Shown here in pieces: positions 24,457-36,100 of a stretch of DNA of 64,000 nucleotides (positions are counted from its first letter, which is position 1; each line of letters begins with the position of its first letter). Below the pieces are notes generated by a model. That model did no database searches, was not told the origin of the DNA, and worked only from the letters and a program-made list of their open reading frames with translations. The position numbers and the translations under genes are program-made. Origin of the DNA: Lytechinus pictus (taxonomy: Eukaryota); assembly GCF_037042905.1 (NCBI RefSeq), contig NC_087251.1, positions 32,242,001-32,306,000 on the forward strand, written 5' to 3'.

Positions 24457-25559
24457 CTAGAGGTGGGGGGGGGGGGAATGTAGCATCTTCCACACCAAAG
24501 GTAAGCGAGGGACTGAAATCATCAAGCATTTTTGTTTTTATTATTTTAAGGTTGAAAAGGCAATGATTTGGTGACTTTGTGTGTGCATTTTTGTGAAAAT
24601 TTGCAATAAAGAAAATAATGTTTTGAAATAATAAGGTAGGGGTGGGTAATTCCCCTCCCCCGTCCGGTTAACTGCCATAAATTGACATGAACTCTATAGG
24701 AAGATGAAATCATGTAAATCAGCAAGCAAGAACAGTGGGGTGTCAATGTGTGCTCTTAAATGTGATCATGAGACCATTTGTCAAGAACAAAATGTTTGGA
24801 ACTAGGGATGCCACTTTGATTAATTCAGACATTTTCAACATATTTTCAGCCACAGAAAACACCTTTTCATTTAGGAATGGGGTCATTCTACATGATTTTG
24901 AGACTTTTTTTTTTAAGCAAGGATTTTTGAAAATTGTCAGGGCTGAGAGTTTAGTCAGATCTGTGCGGAAACTTTCATGAAACTGTACCCATTGTTAAGT
25001 GGAGCATTTGAAGGATGAATCTATTATATAAGCCAGCAATCGTTACTTTCTGGTGACAGTTGCTCTCATCGAAATTCTGTGCATTTCAGCCGAACTTAAA
25101 ACCTAACCTGAACTGAATTCCAACCCTTATCCTACATTGATACATTATTTCAAAATAAAAATAAAAACCCCAAAACTTTCACAATCCCTCATCATTTGTG
25201 AAATTAAGACAGGAGCAAAGTTACAAGAATAAAACAAACCCTGACTGTCTTTGTGTTACTGCCTTCAAGTGTCTTAAAACAACTTGGGTTAAAAATGTCT
25301 GGGGGGGGTAAAATGTTAAGAAATTAGAATGTAATTTTGTGCTGAACATCATTGTGTAACATACATGTATATAAGAGTATTAAATATAACAAAATATGAA
25401 ACCATTTTCACTTTCTGTATTATTTGCAAAATGTCATACTAAATTCTTTGTGTTGATATGCCTCCACCCACAGTATGAACCTCTGATGGCATTATGTATT
25501 GTGGTGAACCGTCAGCAGGTGTGGATCCACAGGGGCTAAGTTGGCCTTTGTCCCCCTCC

Positions 25560-25960
25560 TGTGCAGAAAAAAAAAGAGAAGGGACAAGGAGAGGGGAAGA
25601 AGATAAAGGGGAAAAGGAGAGGGAAGGAGAAGGGAAGGGGGAACGTTAAGGGAGAGGTGAAAGAAAAAGAAGGGGAAAGAGAGAAGTGGAAGGAAAGGAA
25701 GGTGAAACAGAAATAAACAAATGTAAAGGGAGAGGGCAAATAAAGTGAAGGGAAATTGAGGGAGAAAAGGGAAAAGAGAGAGAGAGAAATGAAAAGAAGG
25801 GAAACAAAGAGTGGAAAGAAAAAAAGAATGGAAAACAGGGAGAAAGTGAATGGGGAGTAAAAGCAGAGAAGAAAAGGAATGAGAAGGGAAAGGAAGGAGA
25901 GAGACGCAAAAAGAAGGGAAAGAGAGAAGGAAAGTATACAAAAACTAGAGAAAATAGAGG
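25560..25960. repeat. Purine-rich (GA) low-complexity tract
   Basis: Almost pure A/G; produces spurious Phe/Leu/Ser/Pro ORFs on the minus strand. Confidence 0.85.
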
Positions 25961-26263
25961 TTAAAAAAGTACAGCCTTAGTCTGCCCTTTAGCATAAGGT
26001 GATATGAAGATCAATTCAAATGAATATATACAAGTACGTACATTCTCGCTACTTGTTCAGTGAGAAAATTATCCTATTTATGATTATGGAGGATACTTAA
26101 AATGTCACCTTTTCAGGTCAGTGTTGTAAAAGATTTCAGTCCATGTTTGAAAATGCTGCCAACCTTATATGAAACAGCAAACATGAAAGTCTCTACACCT
26201 TGAAGAAGATCCCCGAACTCTTATACTCTGTTGTTTTGCGCCCACATTGACAGCTAGAATTAC

Positions 26264-26729
26264 AGGGGAAGTTCACCCAGATGAAAAATTTATTGTAAAA
26301 TACAAGAAAAAAGAGTAAAATATCGGTTAACTTAGGTTCACAGAAAATCCTTCAAAGATTATCATAGTTTTTAATATGTGATGTCTTTATGAGAGCACCT
26401 GCCCCATAGGCATATAAAATGCATAAATTTAAATTTTTATAATGGTTTATGCATTAGTATAAAAATCCTTCAGGAGTGGGTGTGAAATAATATGTATATG
26501 TATATATTATTTCACATTTCACAATAAGTATATTCTACTGAAGGAAAATCCATTTTCATTTTTTTAATATAAAATGACATTTCATTGATTTGTTTAATTC
26601 ACGATAAGGGACACAATAACTGCTCACATAATGACGTCAGTAAATCAACAAATTTAAATTGTAATAAGTTTAAACCTACATCATTATTTTCGGCTATTTT
26701 ACGAGAAACTTTTTGGGTGATCTTCCCCT
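26264..26729. mobile_element. Kolobok-like MITE sharing its right TTAA with the next element
   Basis: TIR aggggaagttcaccc / gggtgatcttcccct; flanks ttac / ttaa. Confidence 0.7.
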
Positions 26730-26733
26730 TTAA

Positions 26734-27318
26734 AGGAGAATAAAACCTTTGGAACAAGATAGCTTGTGTGAAAACAGAAAAATCAAAGAAACAGATCAAC
26801 GAAAGTTTGAGAAAAATCGGACAAATAATGCGAAAGTTATGAGCATTTGAATATTGCGATCACGAATGCTATGGAGATCCTCAAATTGGCAATGTGACAA
26901 AGATGTATGATGTCACTTGTGAACAACTCTCCCCATTACTGTAGTATATATTTCACTTAAATTGCCTCTTTTATCACATCTATCAGTAGATCATGTGTTC
27001 TTTCTATAGGAGGGCATGTAATACAGATTTTTAAAGAATACATCATGGATAAAGAGTTTGTATCACCACAAGAAAAAGCAGAAAGAGACATTTTGAGGGT
27101 ATTTTATAGTCCATCAAAGGGAAATTTGTTCACAGGTGACATCACACATCCTTGTCGCATTGCCAATGGGAGGATCTCCATAGCATTAGTTATTGCAATA
27201 TTCAAATGCTCATAACTTTCTCATTATTTGTCCGATTTTTCTCAAACTTTCTTTGTTCTTACTCTTTCATTTTTCTGTTTCGAAACAAGCCTACTTATTT
27301 CAAAGGTTTCATTCCACT
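26734..27318. mobile_element. Kolobok-like palindromic MITE, copy A (diverged subfamily)
   Basis: TTAA on both sides, AGG-type terminus, ~200-bp inverted arms, similar to 28352-28940. Confidence 0.85.
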
Positions 27319-27599
27319 TTAAGTTATTCTACTTTTTAAAAATATTCATTTATTTATTTTGTTTGATTTATTTTATACTGCATGGTTGGCCTGTTCAGTT
27401 TTGAAAAACTGCTTTAATTAAAATGTTGATAAATGTAAATCAATTTTTCAAAAAATTAAGTGCCCCCATCTCCCACAGAAATCCTAGTTGCTAAAGCTCT
27501 TGTGTTTTATTATGTTCTTTTACCAATCTAAATTGAGTTTTGAAATAAACTAAATAATAAAATGTGAACCGAAAGAGAGAGAGAAAGACAAAAAGAGAT

Positions 27600-27654
27600 T
27601 AAAAGAAATATGGATTATTTATTTATTTTTATTTTTATTTGTTTATTTTTTATT

Positions 27655-27700
<46 letters not shown>

Positions 27701-27948
27701 TATTTCTTTATTTTATCTTATTTTTTATTCATAAAATTTACTTATAAAAGGGGGCCTTCACCCTACAAGCTCTGCTTTTTAGTTGGTCTCCTTCCCTTTC
27801 GATTTCATGGTATTATTGTATTATGAAAAAATGATTTAAATGTTATATTTTGTAAATATGTATATTGAACTATCATTGTAAATGTAAAAAGATTGAAAGA
27901 GAAAATAAATGAATTGAATTGAATTGAATTGAATTGAATTGAATTGAA
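27600..27948 (+). mobile_element. LINE (L2/Crack-type) 3' UTR remnant with (TA)n and a (TTGAA)n tail
   Basis: Ends aaataaa-(tgaat)n, preceded by a ctacaagctctgcttttt-type stem region. Confidence 0.55.
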
Positions 27949-28351
27949 TAATTAGAAATAATTCGCAGCGAATGACAGAGCAATAGTCAGACCGATTGGC
28001 GATTGCCGATACCATAGAAAGCTAAAGAGAGCGGCGCGCCAGATTTAAGCGAAGGAAGAGTGAATATTTGTGTCTTGCATTTTCTTGTAAAAAGTTGTTT
28101 TCTTTCTTGTAATACGAGGGCAAATTAGAGGTAAGTGTACCAGACTTATAAATGTAAATAGATTGTGGTATTTTTGTGAAATTTGAAACCACTGTTCACT
28201 TTTTACTGCGGTGTTTTTCAGTCACTGCGCTGAAATTGATTCTCCATTTTTTTAGACATGCCTTTTCTACCTCCATTCACTTTGTACACAACTCATGAAT
28301 TGCGGGCGTGTGTGTGTGTATTTGAGTTTTTTTTTGTATCACTGACTTTAA

Positions 28352-28940
28352 AGGAGAATGAAACTCTTGGAGCAAGTTAGCTTTTGTGAAAGCAGAAAAA
28401 TCAAAGAATAAGATCAACAAAACTTTGAGTAAAATAGGACTAGCAATAAAAGAGTTATGAGCATTTGAATGTCGAGATCACTAATGCTATGGAGATCCTC
28501 CCATTGGCAATGCGACCAAGATCTGTGATGTCACACACGTACAACTCTCCCATTCGGACACTGAAAATATACCCCAAAACATCTCTTTTTGCTCATTCTA
28601 ATCATATGACAAACGTCAATGATTCATCAATGATATAATGTTGTGAAACCTCTGTACTTGTCATCTCATAAAGAAAACACCTAACCTTGTGATAGACTCT
28701 ATAAAAGTGAGAATATACGTGAAATAAGTACTAAAGTAATGAGGGAGTTGTACGTGTGTGATATCACAGATCTTGGTCGCATTGCCGATGGGAGGATCTA
28801 CATGGCACTAGTGATCTCAATATTCAAATGCTCATAACTTTCTTATTATTCATTCAATCTTCCTCAAACTTTCAACAATATGTTTCTTTGATTTTTCTCT
28901 TTGATATGGATTCAGCTGGTTTCAAGGGTTTCATTCTCCT
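28352..28940. mobile_element. Kolobok-like palindromic MITE, copy B
   Basis: TTAA|aggagaatgaaac ... gtttcattctcct|TTAA. Confidence 0.9.
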
Positions 28941-28981
28941 TTAAGACGTTAGTTTAGTGGCCATTCCGTGCTTTTTAACTG

Positions 28982-29174
28982 GTGGGTGTTTCATAATGCT
29001 GTTTGTAAGTTTAATAAGAGCGACTATAATAAGAACGACTGGTGATCCTTTCTTATGATTATGGCGAATGGTATATTAATTAGCGATGGTTTTGCGCGTA
29101 AGAAGAAAGGATCACCAGTCGTTCTTAAACTTAAAGTCGCTCTTAACTTACAAACAGCTTTATGAAACGCCTCC
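28982..29174. mobile_element. Harbinger/Tourist-like palindromic MITE
   Basis: Long inverted arms gtgggtgtttcata.../...tatgaaacgcctcc; CTG on both flanks. Confidence 0.75.
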
Positions 29175-30610
29175 CTGGTCACCAAATCGAATTTGTACCT
29201 CCTTTCACCACAATATAATGTAAACAGTGTTGACTAGACAGCTGGCAGCCATCTGTTTCAAGGAGTTTTTTAACATTTTTATTATTTTTTAAAATTTCTC
29301 CTCGTACACAGACGGCTCGCTATCGTGCAGCCACCAGACGGGGCTCATCGATTTTTGTCTCTTTTCATAAAGATATTTAAAAAAAATTGTACCAAAATAA
29401 ATATTATTATTCCGTTTTGGCCTGAATTAATGTACCAAAACGGAAAAATAAAAGAGGAAAAAACAGTGACTTACTTCCGCTGTCGCACAACTTCACTTCC
29501 CTGTTTTATTCGAACTTAATAGTACATAAACATATGACCATTGAGTAATTTACCATTGAGTCCCTGTACAGATCGAGCTAGAACTTGGGTCTCTGTATTT
29601 GGTGAGTGGAGCCAACGGAGTTCAGCGGAACAACCAACAGAACAGAGACCGAAGCTTTTGGTCTAGGTGCTAACATAACTTTTTTGAAGCACTTGTACTT
29701 GCCTGGTTGGGCAAGTGAATTCCTAAAAAGTTGGAAAATACTTGCCCGAAAATATATTTCACTTGCTCGGAAAAACTCTTTCAAAACGTTTTACCGCTCC
29801 GAAAGAAAGAAGTGCAGGTTTATTATATACCATTGCTTTTTTCCTCTCTTTTAAACATGAACTGGCCTGTGTACCTTGCATTTGCCTGCCGTGACTGAAA
29901 TTAGTGTCAATATGCCATTTGATTAATTTCCTCTATCATATATTTTCATGTACTTTTGTATATGTCCATGACACAAAATAAAAAAGGGAATCACTGAAAA
30001 TAACTAAAGAAGAAAGAAAGAAATTACAAAGATAAAGAAAAGAAGAAAAAAGGAAGGGAGGGTGAAAGAAAGAATGAAGGAGAGAGAAAAAGGGAAAGAA
30101 AAGAGAAGAAAGAATGAAAATGCATTAAAAATGAAGAAAAGAAAATGATGGTTAAAAGAAAAAAAATGAAAAGAAAGAGAGAATAAATAAGGATGAAAGA
30201 AAGGATAATGAAAGTAAAGAAAAAATGTTTCCTTTATTCTTTGAAATAAAGAAAGAAAGAAGGAGAGAAAGAAAAAGAAAAAAAAAGTAAGAAAAAATGA
30301 GGAGGAAAGAAAAAGGTTTCCTTCATTCTTTGAAAGAAAGAAATAATTAAGAAAAACAGGAAGGGAGAAAGGACGGAAAGGCCAAACAATGAAAAAAGTC
30401 CACGACAAAGTCTCTTCACTCACTTAACAACTTCGAAATATAATAATGAAAAATCGGCGCACATCGTCGGTGCACATATCGTCTGTTGCTACTCATCATG
30501 CATGAATTGATTTGGATACATACATTATTTTATAGTTCGGACCTATTATTTCACTTGTTTGTAAGTACATGCAATCACTTTTTTTTATTATCATATTTCG
30601 AAGTTGTTAA

Positions 30611-33011
30611 AGGAGAATGAAACTCTTGGAGCAAGTTAGCTTTTGTGAAAGCAGAAAAATCAAAGAATGAGATCAACAAAAGTTTGAGTAAAATAGGACT
30701 AGCAATAGAAGAGTTATGAGCATTTGAATGTCGAGATCACTAATGCTATGGAGATCCTCCCATTGGCAATGCGACCAAGATCTATGATGTCACAGATGAA
30801 CAACTCTCCCCTTTTGGACACTGAAAATATACCCCAAAACATCTCTTTTTGCTCATTCTAATCATATGACAAACGATTCATCAATGATATAATGATGTGA
30901 AACCTCTGTACTTGTCCTCTCATAAAGAGAACACCTCACCTTGTGATAGACTCTATAAAAGTGAGAATATAAGTGAAATAAGTACTTAAATAATGAGGGA
31001 GTTGTGCGTGTGTGACATCACAGATCTTGGTCGCATTGCCAATGGGAGGATCTACATGGCATTAGTGATCTCAATATTCAAATGCTCATAACTTTCTTAT
31101 TATTCATTCAATCTTCCTCAAACTTTCAACAATGTGTTTCTTTGATTTTTCTCTTTGATATGGCAAGGCTCCACATTAACTGTTTTTGGTGGTGGCCCGT
31201 TCGGGCCACCAAAACCTTCAAATAATTTTTTTTGGTGGCCCGATATTGAAGTTTGGTGGCCCGGAAAATATAAAGAAAAACATTAAACATTCTGAAATAT
31301 TAATTCTGCAGCCACTACCACTAAGTTACTTTCACTTTGTACATCTTGTGTGTAAACCTTGTTTGCTGTTTTTTACTTTGCTAATTGATTTGTGGTAAAA
31401 TAGAAATTGTTCTATCATTGTAAATATGTAATGATTGAAAGAGAATAAATGAATTGTGTGGACTTTTTTTTAATCTCCCTATAGACACGGACTCAAAATG
31501 GTAAAGTAAATAAACAGTGCATAACAAACTCAGATAGATGTACAAAACAATGATTTTTCCTTTCTTCCTCTTTGAATCCTAAAACCTAGATTATGCAGGC
31601 CCCAAATCCAGTTTATTTTTTTTCTCTTTTGCAGCATATTATAGCAGGAGAAAATCACAGAAATATATGCTGCAAAATTAGAACAATGCATAAAAGGGGG
31701 AAACAAACCAAAATAATTTTCAAAAAGTATATTACAAAAAGAAAACAAAAATAATAAAAGAAATAAGTGAAATAAAACAAAAGAAAGAAAATTAAGAAAA
31801 AACAAAGAACAGGAAAAAAATTAAAAGAAAATAGATTTAGACTAAAGAAACAAAAGTAAATGAAAGAAAAATGAATAAAACAAAATTAATATAAAAATGG
31901 GAAAAGGGGGAAAATTAAGAAGCCATTACAAATATTTTTTAAAGTCTATTCTGACTGGAATATAATTAAAAGCCAAGCAAATAATTTTCACTTATCTTTT
32001 GGGAATGGCGCATTTCTATTTTTATATCCTTTAGTTTGTATTATTTTTTTTAGTAGAAACATATTCTTTAATCAGGCATATTCAATGGGAAGGGGTATAA
32101 AAAAAAAAAAAAACCGGCAAAAGTTATATAGATCTGGAAAAAAAAGTGTGAAAAAAATCATTCCCTATATTTGCCAAAAGGTTGGAAAAATTCACATTTC
32201 ATATCAATAAAATGCCTTCCCAAAGTATAAACTTTCTCAACAGTGGTTTAAGAAGTCATTTATAAACAAGAAAGAAAGAAACTGTTTATTTTTTGGCTAG
32301 AAAAGACACAGCTCCGAAAGAAACAAAGTATCAACATACATACAAATGCACACATGGGACTGTGATGTACTCACCTATGGGTTTTTATGTGTATTAATTC
32401 ATTTAGAAATCGGTCTTTTTTAGTCAAAAGAGAGGTCATAATTCCTCTTTTTAATGCTTGCAAATAATCAGGGTACACCAGATTTTTAGTAATATGGACT
32501 GTAGAAGGGCATTTCATTGGTGTAAAATGTGGCTTTGACTTAAATTTTCAGAGTTCTGTGGAAGATTTCTTAGCAGCAACATTTCATATCGCAGCTCCCT
32601 GAGTCTGAATACCGGTAGGCTGCCAGCGCACAGCTAGCTGCGCATGGCTTCATGCAAAGCTAGCTCATTCCAGCCTGCCGGCGCGGCCGGCTGGATAACA
32701 GCTACTGTATGCTGTAGCGGTAGTACTGTCATGACTATGCAAAATTTGTGTGTGTGTATTTGTGTGTAGATCAACAAAAAAGGCGCATGACAACTGGCTT
32801 GCAATTTGAGTTGTAGAAAGTTGATAAATGCGTGCAAAATCGGGAGAAAAATTGTGCTACTTTAAAAACTATTGGTTGCCCGATTCGGACCACCAAGACT
32901 TAACATTTTTTCAATAATGGTTGCCCGAGGTGAATTTCTGATGGCCCCGGGCCACCGCTAATGTCGAGCCTTGGATATGGATTCAGCTGGTTTCAAGGGT
33001 TTCATTCTCCT
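30611..33011. mobile_element. Kolobok-like MITE, copy C, interrupted by a P-type element
   Basis: TTAA TSD (30607-30610, 33012-33015); nearly identical to copy B once 31164-32980 is removed. Confidence 0.9.
31164..32973. mobile_element. 1.8-kb non-autonomous P-type element, copy 2
   Basis: TIR caaggctccacatta / taatgtcgagccttg; 7-bp TSD GATATGG, present once at the equivalent empty site in copy B. Confidence 0.9.
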
Positions 33012-33750
33012 TTAAGTGAGTGAAGAGACTCTGTCATGGACTTTTTTCTCATTGTTTGGCCCTTGGGTAGTGCACCATGCAGGTGCAAATGAAAGTGAGT
33101 TGACTAACAGTTATTACGCCAGGGGTTTGCATTCATTCCACTCTCCATCACCGGCGAAATTCCCCTAATTTCTTTCTTCCATGTCGCTTTGTTAACTAAT
33201 GAGAAGGCAATACACATTGAATAACTTATTAATTTAATTTTTATTCATAAATTCATTTTTTCTTTATTCAGGCCTTACACCAGATTTAATTTGCTCTCTG
33301 CAAGACGACTCTGTGTGATTAGCTCAACTCATCCACGTTCTAATACATTCAAGAATTCAAGCTGGGCTCAATGTAGGACAGATCAGATCAAGGTAAGCAA
33401 AAAATAGATGGAAAATGTATCTATTCTCTAAAGATAATATTTTCTGATTAGCAAAGAAATTGTTGAGCCACAAAAAATTCATATTCAGGTGAGAGTCGGC
33501 CTATAGTCAAAGAGCTTATTTATATATTGATAGAATTCATATTTTTTATGTCATCTTTAATAATTTGAAGCAGAATGGAAATGTAATAAACAATCAAAAT
33601 TTGGGCCATTTTGTAATTACTTTATTAATTTATTTTGCACAATTCAGCATGATGCCCGCAGATTTGAACCGCTGTGAAGCCCCTACCACCAGTACCAATT
33701 ACATCGGCCCATCGACCACTAGACCGCTGCAGCTCTGGACATCAGATCAG

Positions 33751-33880
33751 GGGCCTGTTTTTAAAGAGTTACAAGTAACATTTCCATTATGGCAACTACC
33801 ATGATAATTAGGCTCAGTAGCCAATCACAATCAACATTTCCAATGAAGTTACAATAGTTGTTGGTCTTTATGAATCGGGC
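33751..33880. mobile_element. Tourist-like MITE inserted in the exon at 33648-33947
   Basis: Termini gggcctgtttttaaaga / tctttatgaatcgggc; CAG on both flanks; central agccaatca. Confidence 0.7.
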
Positions 33881-35649
33881 CAGATCATCATCTGCTCAGC
33901 TCACCTGCAAAGCTTGGACACGAAGCAGATCGTCAGAACAAGTCAAGGTAAGTAAAAATTATAATTATAAAAGTATCACATCTGTTGTCAATGTTACGTT
34001 TAAAAGCAACATGGACACCGATCAGTTTAGGAATTGAGTTTAACTGTTGTATTTAAACTCAAAACCATTTTTGTTCATTTGATTATTCAACATTCTTGTA
34101 AGAAATAATACATTTTCATAATTTCTGTACTTTAACAATGATTCCGAATGAAAATAAATACTTTTGTAGGCCTTAGGTGCAAAGTATTGGAACTGCACAT
34201 GTTTGATCGCTAGGCAATCATAAAAATGTTCAATCATAGGCCTATATTTTAATATTAATATAATAATGATAATAAAATTCTTGTTACTATCTGCCAGGGA
34301 TCAACTGGTGGTGCAACAGCGAGGATGTAGCAGAGAATGACTTCAGGATCTTTGTGAAGAGTGTGGTCCCTGGCGGGTTAGCTTCAGAGAGTGGTAAGTC
34401 ATTAATTCCACCTCCTCTCCATTCGCAGACAATGAATCATTTGAAGCCCTATGTGATCATCTCTAATTCTGCAAATTGGCAATCTTAGTATTTTTCCTTT
34501 TTCTCCTTTTCAATTATAAATAGAGATTGATAGAGAATGTCAATAGAAACTTTGAAATTCAATGCAAATTGGCATTTTAAAAACAAAGAAGTGATTTTGA
34601 GGTTCCATTGCATTGCAAATTTGGGGATAATGATTATTTAAATTCCTTTAAAAAATAGAATGAAACATTCTGATCATGCATTTAAATGGACACAATACAT
34701 GTATGTGTAGATTTTATTTCTCTTGTCTTGTCTGATATTATTTTTAGGGCACTGAATCAAAACTTATTGGGCCAAAGTAAACTACAAAATGTTTTTCCTA
34801 AAGAACACATCACACCGGACTAGCTCTAACTACAACTATTAAAATCCCTACCCCTCCTAAAAAATCTTAAAAACAGGTTTTTGGTCAGGGTGAGGTGTCA
34901 TGTTGGCATCTAATATAATATCCTATTTCTAATTTGTCTTCATTAAAAAAAATCTTGTATGTAGGCCCGGCCAATGCACAGTCCATTAATGTGAAAAATC
35001 AGATCAAGTAAATTTGCTGTGATTGTGAATATGATAAACTTTGTCAGGTGGATTATGTATTTCAAATGCAAGTGAAGGAATTATTTTAAGTGTGGTATTG
35101 TGCAGTAACCACATTTTCAAAATGAACACATGTAAAGTGTTCAAGTTCTGCCATGTTTTAGATATTAAAGTGTGAAGTCAGGTGATAAAATACTAAAAAT
35201 AGTATATTAATCAAAGTTTGTATCTCTAGGCTCGCTGGTCATTGAAGTGTTGTTGTCTACATTCAACACTCAGAACGAAGGAGTACATGTTGTGGTGGGG
35301 TTCACTAACTTTTGAGCACAACTGTACATGTTCATGTATATCTCATCATGGCTTGGGCCTCCGAAGCTCCCCCCCCAAAAAAAAAAAAAACATTTGGTAC
35401 AATATTTTGTTAACAGAAAAAGCTCTTTGCTGCGATGTTTCCATTCATTCACAGGGTATTGCAACGTACATGGTAAAAATTACAGATACAAATAAGATTA
35501 TTCACATACGTAAAATTTGCACAGTAGATTATTGTTAAAGATGAATAAATAACAGATTAATGCAAATAATTAATTGATAAAAAGTATTTCTGATAAAACT
35601 TGTTAAAACATGTTGGTAATTAATGGTAATAGTAACTTTGTGACCTTTG

Positions 35650-36100
35650 TCCTTCATGTTTCCCGCATCTTTTAAGACCTCATTTGCGATGCCTGGGTAT
35701 GCGGTTTTGAAATTACTCAAGTGCATGTCAGACCAAAAATCCCTCAGATATTTGATTTTGTATACAAAGTCAATGCAAATTATGTTTTCAATGAAAAATA
35801 ATTTTTGTATGGTTATTTTCACTTTTACTTGTTTAAATGGATTATTTATGCTCTTTCTGATGATCTGATGGCAAAGGAGTCCCCGATAATGTTCATAAAA
35901 AACAATGAAAAACAAAAGTTTGACAAAACAGAGAAATATATATGAAATCGCAAAAACAATAAAATTCATAAGAAATTTATTTGATATCGCAATTTTTTTT
36001 CATGTACATTTGCTAAGAACATGACAAGGAGATTCTATGCCAAAATTAGGACATTTGGAGGTTTATTTAGGGAGTTAAAGTAAAAAGTATGTCTTTATGT
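35650..36100. repeat. Dispersed repeat family (gagaccaaattt..gatgcccgggta core), with further copies at ~37670-38150, ~41840-42435, ~42455-42700 and ~56290-56340
   Basis: Shared blocks catcttttgagaccaaattt, gatgcc(c/t)ggg and aagtgcatgtcaga. Confidence 0.65.

Larger units (their letters stand above)
30380..33061. mobile_element. Small MITE with ~70-bp TIRs, its right TIR interrupted by nested insertions
   Basis: ggccaaacaatgaaaaaagtccacgacaaagtctcttcactcacttaacaacttcgaaatat pairs with atatttcgaagttgttaa[insert]gtgagtgaagagactctgtcatggacttttttctcattgtttggcc. Confidence 0.8.

Noticed and set aside
25492..30423. Phe/Leu/Ser-rich membrane-like ORFs (25492-25941, 30004-30423)
   Set aside because: Antisense translations of GA-rich low-complexity tracts.
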